From contig NC_057718.1 in assembly GCF_004010195.1 (NCBI RefSeq), positions 75,381,300 to 75,445,299 on the forward strand: DNA of 64,000 bases. The letters run 5' to 3'. The stretch is from Chiloscyllium plagiosum. Lineage: Eukaryota. The translations under genes were made by a program, and so were the position numbers. Below are positions 12,679 to 26,219 of this stretch, piece by piece (within the stretch, counting starts at the first letter, position 1; each line of letters opens with the position of its first letter). The notes under the pieces were generated by a model. It searched no databases. It was given only the letters and a program-made list of their open reading frames with translations, and had not been told where the DNA came from.

Positions 12679-13859
12679 CTACTGGAAACAATTTTGAAGG
12701 AGTTAATTAATACCCACTTGAAAAGGCATGGTTTAATTTGGGTAAATCAACATGGCTTTGTCAGAGGGAGGTCATGCCTTAACAAATCTGTTAGAATTTT
12801 TTGAAAGTGCAATGAATTGTATGGATCAGGGAAGTTCAGTTGCTGTCGTTTATATGGATTTTAGCAAAGATTTTGCAAGGTCCAACATGGGAGACTGATA
12901 GAGTAGGTTGAAGCACATAGGATTGAGGGAAACTTGATGAGATGGATCAGAAACTGGTTTAGTAATAGGATGTAAAGGGTAATGGTAGAAGGCTGTTTGA
13001 GTGACTGGAAGACACTGTCCAGCAGTGTACCACAATGATCAGTACTGGGACCCTATCATTTGTTAGATACATAAATGATGTAGATGAAATTGTAAGGGGA
13101 ATGTTAAGCAAATTTTCAGATGAATTTAAGATTGGTAGAGTGGTTAATAGTGAAGAAGATGGTTGTAAGTTATAGGAAGGTACAAATGGGTTAGTCAGGT
13201 AGGCAGACCACTGGAAGATAAGTGTGAGGTGATGCACTTTGGAAGAGGAAACAAGATGCAGGAGTATTTAATTTAGAGGAATAGAGGGATCTTGAGGAAT
13301 TATAGATTCCTGAAGTCGGCAGAGCGCGTAAATAGGCTAGTTAAGGCAGCATATGCGACACTTGTTTTCAGTCGTGGCATCGAGTTTAAGAGCAAGGAAG
13401 TAGTGTTGGAGTTGTATAGCATGTTGGTCAGGCCACAACTGTGCATAGTTCTGGTCACCTCAATACAGGACAGATACGGTAGCACTAGAGGAGATACAGA
13501 GGAGGTTCACCAGATTTGAGCAATAAGGAGACACTGGGTAGGTTTGGATTGTTTTCTTTAGAGTAGAGAAGACTGAGGGGGGACGTGATTGAGATGTATC
13601 AGATTATGAGTGGTATGGACAGGGTGAATAGAGAGCAGCTGTTCCCCTTGGTTGAGGGGTCAGTCACAAAAGGGCACAGTTTGAAGGTAAAGGGCAGAAG
13701 ATCCAGAGAGGATTTGGAAAAATCCTTTTCACTCATTGGATGGTGGTAATCTGGAATGCTCTGTCAGGAAGGTAGGGGAGGCTGGAAAGCTTACAACCTT
13801 TAAAAAATATTTGGATGAGCTCTTCAAAGGTCATAACATTCAAAGGTATGGGACAAGTG

Positions 13860-14150
13860 TGGCATGGTCATTCAATGGTTAACACTGCTGCCTCACAGCG
13901 GCAGGGACCCAGGTTCAATTGCAACCTCAGGCGATTCTCCCTGTGTCTGTGGGTTTCTCCTGGGTGCTCCAGTTTCCTCCCACAGTCCAAAGATGTGCAG
14001 ATTAGGTGAATTGGCCATGCAAAATTGCCCATAGTGTTCAGGGATATGTAGTTTAGGTGCATTAGTCAGGGGAAATATAAAAATGAAGTAGTAGGGTAGG
14101 GGGAATGGGATACCCTTCAGAGGGCCAGTGTGGACATGTTTGGCTTAACT
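13860..14150 (+). mobile_element. HE1-like SINE
   Basis: HE1 head and body. Confidence 0.85.
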
Positions 14151-14151
14151 T

Positions 14152-14465
14152 TTAGATTAGATTCCCTACAGTGTGGAAAAACAGGGCCTTTGGCACAACA
14201 AGTCCACACCGACCCTTCGAAGAGCAACCCACCCCCCTAATTTACCCCTGACTAATGCACCTAACACTACAGGCAATTTAACATGGCTAATTCACCTACC
14301 ATTGTTGTTCACCGAACTGGACATCGTTGGACTGTGGGAGGAAACCCACGCAGACACAGGGAGAATGTGCAAACTCCACACAGACAGTTGCCTGAGGCAG
14401 GAATTGAACCTGGGTCCCTAGCACTGTGAGGCAGCAGCGCTAACCACTGAGCCACTGTGCCACCC
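14152..14465 (-). mobile_element. HE1-like SINE, tail-to-tail with the previous copy
   Basis: Antisense HE1 sequence. Confidence 0.85.
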
Positions 14466-16129
14466 GAGCATTCTACGAATGCAGGAAATTTAGATTAGCA
14501 TACTTTAATGGTAGCTGTGTTGGTACAGACTCAATGAGCCAAAGGGCTTTTTCTGTGATGTATGAATCTATGAATGATTTCAAAAGGAATTTGTATGGCA
14601 TTATGATTCCAGCTCATATTCTTTCTCGATAAGTTAGATCCCAGACTGCATATTTGTTTGAAACAATAAAACAGAAATTCATTAAGCAGACTTTCAATTA
14701 CAACACAAACTTTTAAAAATCTTTGAACATGCATCTCAATAACCCCAAACACTCTTTTACAGATCCCAAAGCACCACTGTATAATATCCAAAAGCGTATT
14801 TTGTACAGTACTCACTCCAGAAATTGCCTTTCTTTAACACCTCAATGAATATATGTTGACATCAAATCCCAGTTTGGAAAATTTGATAAGCTTTTTTCCT
14901 GGAGTTATCATACACATGAGCTGAAGTATACTCAGCTTCAAATTATCTCTTCAGGGTCTTGCAAGCACTAATGGTATGGAATTGTTATTAAATCCTTATT
15001 CTAAGGTAATCCAGTCATAACAAATTTAACTATCTTCACCTTTTCTCAGGAGCAACTTTACACATAAAAACTTCTGCAAAACTGCCCAAAACCAAAAATA
15101 AAATTGCAGAAGGCCTTTCTATCTAAGCTATGTGTATTTCCCCAAAGCTTTTTAAAAATGCCCAGAAATTTCTAACTGAAGCTTTGAGGCACAATTAACT
15201 TGCCAGATCATAAACCCTGCTAAGGTGAATAAGAACCCATTTGTTCTGAAACCAAGCAGATATAAAATGTTTATGATCATCATGGTTACAGAAACACTCA
15301 AATGTTAATTATTAATTCCCACATACACACAGAAAAACTCATATGTCACTTCTTCAAAATCCAAAAATCTAACTTGACACAAATGTAAATACAAACTATA
15401 TATGCAATTCTCAGAGACAACATAATTATGGATATTTGCAGAAAGTAAACTTTTGGACATATAGGGATAAGATACAGGGCTTAGACTTGTTGTCTCACTC
15501 TACAGCGAACCAACACAGACCTCATATACTGAATGCCTTCTTTTGATTCTATAATTATTGCTCCATGATATCCAATTAAGGACAGAAGGGGTCTGAAATC
15601 TGTGACAAAAACTGGTGGTGCAATTGCTATCTCAATCTCCAGAAGGACAACTGGAGGTTGAGACAAATTAAGTTTCTAATTGTCAGCGGGAACTCTGCCA
15701 CAAAGGCTCCTAACTCGATGAAGGGCAATTGAATGCAGGCCTTCCCTCAGTGAGCTGAAATCTCACCTCTGAATGCTGCCTGCATTTCAGAAATCAACAG
15801 GTTCATTACTAGCAGTGTCAATGTGAGTGGGGGTTGCTGTCCAGAATTCATTTGAGTTCCCAGGAATTCCTGGAGTAAGAAAAACAAAGGTGGGATTTTG
15901 GGATTTCATGGAAAGAGTCACTGACAAAAGGTGAGTGGTGTTGGAGAAAAGGGCAGAGGCATTAAATTCTGTCTCTTTTTTTGTTAAATTGCTGACTGTT
16001 TCTTTTTATATCATTTGATAAGTTTATTTTGAGTTTTGAAGTTTCAGACAGAAACTTGACCCATGAGGGAATCAATTCGATTTTCATTGTTCACATAGGA
16101 ATGAGTAATATATGTAGAACCAGGATTTT

Positions 16130-16430
16130 TTAATTCTTTCATGGGACACGGGCATCACTGATTAGCCAGCATTTACTGATTATCCCAAATTACATTTCAG
16201 AAGATGACAGTGAACTGACTTCTTGAATACTGCAGTACCTGGGTAAACCCTCAATACCATTAGAGTGGGAATTCCAAGATTTTAAACCAGTGACAATGAA
16301 GGAACAGGAGCAAATTTCCAAGTCAGGATGTTGAGTGGCCTGGAGAGGTACTTGCAGGTGACGGTGTTCCCATGTATCTGCTGCCCTTGCCCTTCTCGAT
16401 GGAACTGCTTGGGGGTTTGGAAGGTGCTGC
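16130..16430 (-). mobile_element. Old LINE 3' fragment (tail shared with about 10000-10175 and the 28715 SINE)
   Basis: Antisense of the GGGCAATAAATGCTGGC..GCCAG.GA.GCCC-type tail. Confidence 0.5.
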
Positions 16431-17799
16431 GTCAGCAGTACTTAGGAAAGAGGAAGCTATTAGGATGGGCTAAACCTAAATCAGATTGGGACCAGTGTTT
16501 TGTCCAATTATATTACCAGGGTTGTAGACAGAAATCTTGGGGGTTGTGACAGGGTTGGGAGGAGGGCAGGGTTTAATTGAATTGAGATTTAGAAATTCAA
16601 AAAGAAAGATTGAAGCCTTGGGACATTTTTATTGTCTAGATAATGACACACGGAGTGGGACAAAAAGAAACAGAGTTTACATTTATTATGCGTCAGCAAG
16701 TAAAGTCAATGTGTAGAATTGAAGTAAAAGAAAATGAAATTAATTTTTTTTATCTGAATTTGTCATACATATGCAACAAAATTGATGAACTAGTGTCATA
16801 AATGAGTGTAAATAATTTAATTTAATAACCACTACAATAAAATGATTGCAAGCTGATAAAAATTGGAAATATATATTCCAGGGTATACAATATTTCTGTA
16901 AGGCAACACAATGGCAAAGAAAGAGAGATAATGATGACAAAGGAAGACATAAAGACAATGGTGAAAAAGGATGTGGTCTCAAAAGGTCATGATTTAGAGT
17001 CAGGGCAGGTGGACACTGGGTTTGACCAACAATGCTATTGGAAGTAGTTCATAGAAATCCTAAATGTACTTATTATACCATTAGACAGAATATTAAACAA
17101 GAAATTATTGGAGCTTGTAATAAAGACCACCTTAAACACAAACTATTTTATAAAATATAGGAACTATTTGACACTGTTTTTTTACAAACATTAGAAATAA
17201 AAATTTAAACCTTTTACTCTCAACAACAACCTTACACATTCTCAAACCTTAGTGAAGCAACACCCTGTTCTCAAAGTTTCTTATTCATTTGTCAATGGCT
17301 ATATTTGAATTCTTTCCAACAAATCTCTGCATTCGTTTGATGCTATCCTATTTAGTGAATGCCTCTGCATGAGATCTTTAAACAAACTGCTAACACAGCT
17401 TACTTACACCTGAACATATGTTCTTTAAGTTCATTCTTTCAGCAGCTTTGTAGCAGCTTTGTCTTCCTCTCAGATACCTTAAACTTGCTGTTTCTGGAGC
17501 TGTTTACATATTAAATTCTAAGCCACCTAGGGCTTCACTTCTTCTTTGCAGGTTGCTTTGGTGATTGCTAAATGACACTGCTGATATTACAGGACTTTTC
17601 TCTCTGACTGACCTGCATGCAAGTAAATTTCTATACAACCTTGTATGTTTCAAAGAACTAATTTAAAATCAAACTAAACCTGTATCCTTCCCTTCCTAAC
17701 CAAAACAATATAGAAATACAGATTATTGTATCATTCCAAACTCAGACTTCATTCACTATCTACTCCATTCTTATAGCTCTCTTACATCTAATTATATCC

Positions 17800-18430
17800 C
17801 CAGTGTACCACATGCCATTCCCAGATGAATTTGCCACTCAGCTGATATCTGCCAAAATACCAGCAGATATTTGCACCTTTACCATATTTAAAGTACTAGC
17901 AGAGGAGGCTCCATCAACTGACCCAGCAGTCTGGTCCACAGTTGTCATTCAGGTCACTGCTTTCTCAACAGTATGGAGGGACAGCCAGTAGGGTTCTAAG
18001 AAGGTAAATGATCTTCCCTATTCCATCAGGGTAAGTGCTGCACGTTCTCTCTGCTATCTCACATTCACTCTATCTTCGCTACTGCACCCACTAAATATCA
18101 AGACTCACACATCTATGACCATTACCTGAAACATCTTCCTTCTCTTCTTTTTACTCCCCACCCTGTCATACCACTAACTCTACATGGTCTATGCACTCAC
18201 TATCTTGGAACACTTTAATGTCTTTCAACCATTTGTAATAGTACTAACAGCCATGCCACCTACTTTCATCTCACTCGATCCCTCCCTTTCCAATCCTTGA
18301 AAAGGCAGAGCACAATAGGGCAGAAAGGGTAAAGAAGCATGGAGGATTGTCCAACCTTTACCCCCACACTAGCAGACAATCCTGGTTGTCACAGGAGAAG
18401 ACTGGGACAACTCCTGCAGGAATGTTGAGA
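17800..18430 (+). pseudogene. Harbinger Myb/SANT-like accessory gene remnant with intron
   Basis: WSTVVIQVTAFSTVWRDSQ*GSKKVNDL followed by a GTAAGT donor (about 18031); next exon KAEHNRAERVKKHGG (about 18302). Confidence 0.55.
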
Positions 18431-18889
18431 CATCAATGTCTTGTCAACCAAAATGTACCATTCCACATTTTACTGTAACTCTCACACTCACTTTACAAGT
18501 GAGTATCATTCACTTGTAAAGACTTTTTAAAAAAATTTTCTGTATTTTCAATATGGACTGAAATGGGGAAAATAACTGCTTTAAAAGATGTTGACTTTTG
18601 AATGATTACTGCATCATTTAAATAAAAACAAGTTACCTGGCACTCGTTGTAAGTGCTATTTACAAAATCGTTCATTTAAGCAGTGGAAAAGCCTAATTGT
18701 AGATGAGTTGTTGCCAGAGTGCTCAGTATGAATGGAGGTTTCACTGTTATCAAGTTAGATGATTGGTCTGTGGATTAATGACCGGTTATTGATGGCAAAC
18801 ATCTCTTACCTGCCAATACTATCTGATTGACTTCAAATTAACTGAACAACTTGGGATGTGAATGTTTGGGTCAGTAGCCATCAAACATC

Positions 18890-19460
18890 TGTAAGGGAAG
18901 AAGCTGTCTTGTCTCCAAGTTTAAAAGCATCTCAAGTCTGAAGATAGTTTGTTTTCCCTCATTAATTGCTGTAAGCTGTGCCTTTTAATTAATATGTCAG
19001 AAACCTTTGAAAGTGTAAACCAGTCACCCTGTGCCTCCTGAAAACATGTGAAAGTATCTGGAGAAGGAAGATTGAGAAATAGTGTTCTGATCTGCAAAAA
19101 GGTCATCTTTACAAACCCCATGGATAGGGACCATTGAACTGCCTTCCAGTCTTCCCCTCTACCCATAATATTCATTTTATTTTGTTTCTCTACATGTGCA
19201 AAGAAGGGAAGTTTTGTAAGTGGTTAGAGTTTTAACTAGTAGAGCTATATGTCAATAGTTCATAATTTTTGTGTGTTGTTATAATGTATTTATTTGGAAG
19301 ATAGTTAAGTACAGGAACTGGTCCATGGTCTCTATTAACAGGGGCTAAAAGACAGTTAAATTGGGGAATTCTGCATACTTTTAAAAATCTTTAACTTTTA
19401 TGATGACTTCAAGAATAATGGGGACTGATTTCCAGAATGTTACCCCAGAGAAGTGTAACA
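18890..19460 (+). mobile_element. Possible solo LTR
   Basis: TGTAAG...TGTAACA ends, with only an imperfect CATC/CATT flank; no second copy in the window. Confidence 0.25.
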
Positions 19461-20249
19461 CATTACAGATAATTTCTAATAAGTAGCTGCAACATCTTCT
19501 CTTCCTTTTGACTTGCAGATACCACCAACATATCCATTACCACCAGGGAGACAGCACCAACTGCCCCAGAAGCTACCTCGTTAGCCTCTGAGGAGCAGCA
19601 AGCAGGTATGTGGGATATGATGGCCCTCACTGCCCAGGAGCTTCAGCAGTACAGTGAGTCATGCAACTGTCTGGCTGCCTCCAGACACATGTTGGTGATT
19701 GCCATGGAGAGCTGAGGCTAAGACTTCCAGGGGCTGTCAGAGACATGTGCACAATTGCACTCCATCATCCTAGCCATTAGTCCTCAGGACTGAAGACCTG
19801 GTGACAAGCAAACAAGCAAACACAGTGAGCGCCCTTTCCTCACAAGTAGATAGTGCAGTGGCAGGAGACCCACAGCTGGAAGAGCCCCAATAATGATGCC
19901 CACAGGACTCTATCCCCGAGACACTCCATAAGTAGCCATCACCTCTACCCCGCCTGCTCTCCTCATACCCTTACAAGTTGCAGCCACAGAGGATTCACTT
20001 GTCTCTGGCAGTAAGATCCTTGATATAGCTGGTCCAGCCAGACACAAAGACTTCAAGGCCATTGGATTTCACTGCCAAGAGGCTACCTCTACCCCAGCCT
20101 TGGAACCAGGGAGTAGATTAAGATGTGATCAGAAACAGAGGAAGAATAAAGCCTATTCAGGGCATTTTGGTGCATGGGTGGCAATGCACTGTACATGATT
20201 TATGATGTTGCTACAAAATTCTGTTAGGACCTTGCATTCATCTTTGTAA

Positions 20250-20870
20250 TGTTGAGTGTCACTGTGTCGATGTGATGGCTAACTTTATGTCCACACAAAA
20301 TGCACCATGGATCAATGTCTGTAATAAGAGCCTGCTGTAGGGAGAACATTGCAGCTCATCCTTCAGTATTCCTACTCTTTCCCTGACCTTTGTGTCCAAA
20401 CATATTGGTGTGTGCTTAGGAGTGGCAAGTATAGAGTACACAGGGAACCAATGCAATAGCAAAGCCAGGGACGAGGAACCCCACAGGTCTGTGCATGAGT
20501 CTGTGTATAATGCTGCTTCACTTGAAAGTTCCTCAGCCACCTCCTGCACAATTTGAGTCCCTTATACAGTCTACTCTAAGTGTACCCACAATCATTGTCT
20601 TCTACATTGTGCACTTTCAATTTCTAACATAATAGGAATTGTCCATGAGCGTTCTTCAGCCAGTGGCTTCCAGCATCTGCCTCTCTGTTGGTGAGACTCT
20701 GAACATTCCTTTTCTGGTAGCCCTTTATATAAACCCATCAGCTTTGCAGCACCCATACCATGCTGGTCCAAACCCATACAGTCTACATGAACCTGCACCT
20801 GCCCATCTTTACACCCCAATCTCCTGGCATATGAAGTGACCATGGCAGGAGTGGTCACACATTGTCCTCC
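20250..20870 (-). pseudogene. Probable Harbinger DDE transposase remnant (C-terminal part)
   Basis: Weak frameshifted resemblance to the IG.LK.RFRCL region; convergent with the Myb-like remnant; possible N-terminal part at about 25600-25900. Confidence 0.35.
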
Positions 20871-21666
20871 CTCAAAGCCAAGGTGCTCCTGACTGTGGAT
20901 GAATCCTTTTTGTACATGAAACCCGTATCATCCATCCTTTACCATATCCAAACCTCCTCCCCCCCCCCCCACCCCCCCGCGACCCCCAAATCCCCTATAC
21001 AACTTTCATACTGTGATACTGCTGCTCCTTTGAAAAGGTTATGTTGTCCTTGTTTTTTTTTGGCAGGAGGTTGTAAAAACACAGGTTCCGAAAAGTCTGG
21101 ACTTGGATTGGTGTTAGGGCCAATTTAATTATAGCTATTAGATACTTACTTAGTCAAAAAGCTTTCAAGCTTTTTAAAACAAAACACTTGTACAATGAAA
21201 AGAAAGTGTCCATTTCTCCCAGCTCAGCTTTTCTGTGGTTTGATTTGGTTTTTTGGCAGTTTGGCTGTTCACTGAAAGCAGTCAGGCAGTTGTAAAAGCT
21301 ACTGGACCCAAAGAAGCAGGTCCATGCTGATTCACCTCTCTCTCTGACATCTCTCTTGTCAGACCCTGGGTTTAATTTTACCTTTTGTGCCAAGGGATGT
21401 TTATGGGGGTTGTTACAAGTATTTGGAACAGCATCATTAAGTTGGGATGATCTGTTGGGTTTTCAGTTTGGTTAAGTTATTCGGTATTCTGTCCTTTTCT
21501 GTTTATGTTTCATTTGGTAATCTTGTAAGTAAATTCTGTTTTGTTTATAACGAAAGGATTTGACCAGCTGGAATATCCAGGTTACAACTGCTTAAACAAT
21601 CATCAAAATTAGGGTCTGGGCTATTTTTTTGAAATGTTTTGAGGGGGTCTGGCCTGGTCCATAACA

Positions 21667-21694
21667 AATTAGGGGCTCTTTGCGAGATTTGACC
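21667..21694 (+). promoter_or_regulatory. Degenerate primer-binding site, tRNA-Pro-like
   Basis: AATTAGGGGCTCTTTGCGAGATTTGACC immediately after the LTR resembles TGGGGGCTCGTCCGGGATTTGAACC. Confidence 0.5.
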
Positions 21695-23590
21695 TATCAT
21701 TCCAAATTGGGGTTAGGGTTATTGGACTCAAAGGCGGTGAGTGGTAGGTGTTAGTTGTCTTTGGTTCCGGGTGTTGAATTTGGTTGTTTTAAGCAGTGCT
21801 TGGGATAGCGATGGCTCTTTCCATCACCGAGAGATTTGTGGGTGGTGGAAGAAGTGACCTTGAGATTTTGGAAAGTTTTTGATTAAGGCCAAGCTGCTGG
21901 GATTAGCAGACAAATTGGGGTTGGAGCTGTCTCCTTCCTTGCGGAAATGAGAGATAATTGCAGCAATAGCTTGGCATTTAAATTTGCTGGAAACACCATC
22001 AAAATCTTTAGAGATGGCTAAAATTCAACTGAAAATTAAATAGCTTGAGTTAGAGGTAACAGACAAGGAAAAGGCAATAGATAAGGAAAAGGCAAACAGT
22101 TTGAATTATGATTAAGAGCAGAGGAAAAAGAAAAAAAACAAATCACTTTAGCAAAACAGAAAGAAGAAGAAAGAGAAAGAGAGAAAGGAGAGTGAGGAAG
22201 TGAGAGAGAAGAAATTAAGAAAGAGAGGGAGTTTGAATTTCAGAAATTAACATTTAGACAGAAGTTCAAAAATTCATATTTAGAAGTATGAGAACTCATG
22301 TGGAAGAGCAGAGAGTTAAAATGGCCAAATTAGCAGCTGAAATGACTGATGGTTATGAGTTGGTCCAGAATCAAAGTTTGGCTTCCAACATCAATTTCAA
22401 TCTGTGAGGGATAGAAATTGGGGAAAAGAGAAATCCTCATGTGGAAAGGGAAAGGTGGATCTCAGTGAAGATCATAAGGATAACTTACAACAGGGTAAAA
22501 AGGAAACACTTGAAGAGGAAAGAGAAGTTAAAAAACTTCAGTGTTTTCACTGTAATAAAGTAGGCCACATGAAATCACATTATTGATGGGTTAGGAAAAG
22601 CACTGGGAAGCCAGATGTAGGAAAACAGGATAAGCCAGTGAATTTTATTGGAGTGGTAACAGAAAGCACATTGGAGGCTAGAAAACTGCACCAGATTGTA
22701 CAAGTTGTTCAGAGGTTGGTTAAGGAGGAAGTGCCAGATCTTCTTAAACCATTTACCTGCAATGGTAAAGTTAACTTACATAGGTTAGGAGCAGTAGGTA
22801 AAGATGTTACAATATTAAGAGATATGGGATCCTTTCAATTTGTGATGTTGAAAGATGAGGAGATATGCACTTCTGAAGGACTATTGCCAGAAAAGGTGCT
22901 AGCAACGGGAATTCATGGTGAGACGAAAGCGCTCAATTATGTAAAGTGAGGTTAGTGTGTGCAGTGAAGAGTGGAGAAGTTGTGGTAGATGTACTGGACA
23001 AATTCTCAGCTCCAGGGATACAATTTGTCTTTGCTAATGATATAGCTGGATCACAGATGGGAGTGCTGCCTACTGTGGTTGAAAAGCCAGTGGAAACTCA
23101 GGCTTCTAAACTACCACATATCCTGGGATTTTTCCTGACTGTGTGATAATGAGGTCACAAAGTCACCAGTTGAAACAGGAGAGATCAAACAATACAGATA
23201 AGGAAGTTGAAGTGGAATTAATAGAGACCTGTTTGATCAAATATTTGACATAAACCAGGAGCAGATACTTTTAGCTTAGATACATTAACTGAGTTACAGC
23301 AGAAAGATGAAAATTTAAAGCAATTGTATCAAAAGGCTTATACAGCAAAAGAATCCAAATGTATCCCTGAATGTTATTATTTTAAAAATCATATCTTAAT
23401 AAGGAAATAGAGATGATCACATTCTCAAGCAGATGAGAAATGGGCAGAAGTTCATCAAGTCATATTGCCAGTGGGTTATAGAAAGATGTCATGAGTGGCA
23501 TGTGAGCTACCATGAGGGGGTCATTTAGGAGTGAAAAAAACTCAAACTAAAATACAAGAACATTTTTACTGGCCTGGACTACACAAGGAT

Positions 23591-23915
23591 TCTGCCGAGG
23601 ACATGGAGTTCCTGGGCCTCCTTCACCGCCGCTCCCTCACCACCAGACGCCTGGAGGAAGAACGCCTCATCTTCCGCCTCGGAACACTTCAACCCCAGGG
23701 CATCAATATGAACTTCAACAGCTACCACATTTCCCCTTCCCCCACCTCATCCTAGTATCTCTCCACGCTTCAGGCTCACTGCCTTTATTCCTGATGAAGG
23801 GTTTTTGCCCGAAACGTCGATTTCGCTGCTCGTTGGATGCTGCCTGAACTGTTGTGCTCTTCCAGCACCACTGATCCAGATTCTGGTTTCCAGCATCTGC
23901 AGTCATTGTTTTTAC
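23591..23915 (+). mobile_element. 5'-truncated Penelope-like element inserted in the Gypsy integrase
   Basis: RRLEEERLIFRLGTLQPQGIN (GIY-YIG region C-terminus); 12-bp TSD CTACACAAGGAT at 23579-23590 and 23916-23927. Confidence 0.9.
23787..23822 (+). ncRNA. Minimal type-I hammerhead ribozyme motif
   Basis: attc-CTGATGA-a-GGGT-tttt-GCCC-GAAA-CGTC-gatt; catalytic core intact. Confidence 0.75.
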
Positions 23916-26219
23916 CTACACAAGGATGTAGTTGAATTTTGCCAGATGTGTCATCCATGTCAGGTAATTGGAAAACCGCAGGCAGTAATCATACCCGCAT
24001 CTTTAATACATATTACTATATTTGAGGAATTTTTTACAAGAGTCTTAATTGATTGCATTGGACCCCTACCTCAAAAAAAAGTGGGAACCTGTATTTGTTA
24101 ACAATAATGGATTTGTCCACTCGATTTCCAAAGGCCGTTCCATTATGTAATATCACAGCTAAAAGGATTGTATAGGAATTACTCAATTTTCACTAGATAC
24201 AGACTATCCACAGAGATACAATCAGATCAAGGATCAAACTTCACATCAAAATTATTCAAACAAGTTATGGACAGCTTAGGAATAAAACCATTCAAATCTA
24301 CTGTGTACCATCCAGAGTTCAGAGACTACATATTTGAATTATGTATCAGATTTTACCGAACAATTAAATAGTGCTGGGGTGTTGGTTAAACAGTATTTAA
24401 AAATATCACAGCATACAAAGAAACAGGAAGCTGGCAAGAAATCAAAAACTCGCAATTTTACTATCAGGGATATTATTTCCAGTGATAGGTGAACCTTTAG
24501 TAGCAAGGTTTAGTGGACCTTATCAAGTCAAAAGAAAATTGAATGAGGTGAACTATTTGATAAAGACCCCAGACAGAAAGAAAGCTCACAGAGTGTGTCA
24601 TGTGAATATGCTCAAACGATATTTTGACAGGGAAGGAAAGCCAAAGGAGACTGTGCTATTGGTTACAAAACAGATGGAAGAACCAAGTTCAGAGGATTCT
24701 GAATTGGACATTCCTCAAATTAAATTGGACAATGAGGAAGTTGTCAAAAATTGAGATAAATTCTTGTGTACCTTCCAGAGAAAAATCAAAAGGACATGGA
24801 AGAGTAATTATTATCACATGGTGAGATATGTGGAAGTAAGCTGGGAAGTACTAACCTAATTATCCATGATGGAGATAAAGGAGATGTCTGATGGCCTTAA
24901 CCCTCTAAAGTTGACTCAGGTTCAAAAGGAGATTGAACGCATGCTCCAAGACAACATAACCAAAGTGAATAACAGTGACTGGAGCTCACCCGGAGTAATG
25001 ATGCAAAAACCAGATGGTATCCTACAGTTATGTGTGGACTATCGCAAAGTCAATGCAGTTACAAAGATGCATATCAGATTCCGCATTTGTAAGACTGTGT
25101 TGAAAAGGTGGGACAAGCAACTTATATTTTAAGTTGGACTTGCTTGGACAATATTGGCAGGTACCTTTGTAAGAAAGAGTGAAGTCAATTTTGATTTTCA
25201 TAACACCGAATGGACTGTAACAGTTTATTATGAAAAATGCACCCGCCATATTTCAAAGACTAACCAATAAGGTCGTTGCTGGATTATCCAATTGTGTCGT
25301 GTATATTATTCAGTATTCTGTTCTCTTTTGTTTGTGTTTCATTTGATAATCTTGTAAATAAATTTTGTTTTGCTGCATCTCTCCTGGAGTGTCTACATTA
25401 CACCTGCATAAAACAACTAGCAAAGTTAGGATCTGAGCTACTTTCATGAGTTGTTTTGAGGGGGTCCAGCCTGATCCATAATAATACTTCTTTCCTTAGA
25501 GCCTGCAGCTCACAATCCTGAAGAGGTTTCTTGAGTCTTCTTCCCATGGCAGCTGTCCTCCTTGTTCCCTCTCCCCCATTCTCTCTCTCCCTCGTTTTAG
25601 TGGATGAAACTGGCAGAGTGTTGGGTGACGTAACTGGACAGCCTTAGATGAAAAGTGCCCAGATCACTGACTGATGGCTTGCCCTGACCATATTTGCCCT
25701 ACCCTTTGGACAGGTCCTGATGGAGCTTCAGAATTGACCTCGATCCACTCCCTGGACTGCAGAGGCACCAAATCCCTGATAGAGAATATTTGACCGGACG
25801 GCTGACTGTGGCCAATCCTCTAAGCTGACATAGGAGTCTGCTCTTGACTTGCTGTAGCTTAGCCCCCTGACTGATAATTGTCTTCATGGATTTTGGTAAA
25901 AACTACTAAAACTTTGTGACATGGCTACCTGATGCTCCACCTGGTGGATGGACTCCACCTGAACCTATCTGGGACAAATGTCCTACAAGAAAAGCTAGAT
26001 AGGGTGGTCACAAGAACTTTAAATTAGTAGATGGCAAGGCCTCAGGGAAAGTCAATACAACTGCAAAAACAAGTAGCAGTACACAGAATTAAGAAACAGC
26101 CAAGAATCCTACTTCAAGTACAGCAGGTAATGGCAAAACTATCCATACATTGATTAAACCATAATAAACAGGCAATTAAGCCATCAGTACTGATGGACAG
26201 GTTAATGTGGTACATTGAC

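Larger units (their letters stand above)
10780..14575 (+). mobile_element. Decayed CR1-like LINE ORF2 (APE endonuclease and RT), interrupted by a solo LTR and two SINEs
   Basis: YYRLP, IILGDFNFPNI, RIRENPKIFY, QHGF, YMDFSK and KFSDE motifs; tail TATGAATCTATGA. Confidence 0.85.
21012..25483 (+). mobile_element. Gypsy/Ty3 LTR retrotransposon with Gmr1-type order gag-PR-IN-RT; internally deleted and decayed
   Basis: 5' LTR at 21012-21666; CFHCNKVGH knuckle; ILRDMGS protease; integrase HFYWPGLHKDV..CHPCQ, IDCIGPLP, IQSDQGSNF and FSGPYQV; then RT SDWSSP..LCVDYRKVN; partial 3' LTR at about 25305-25483; ATAC on both flanks. Confidence 0.9.
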
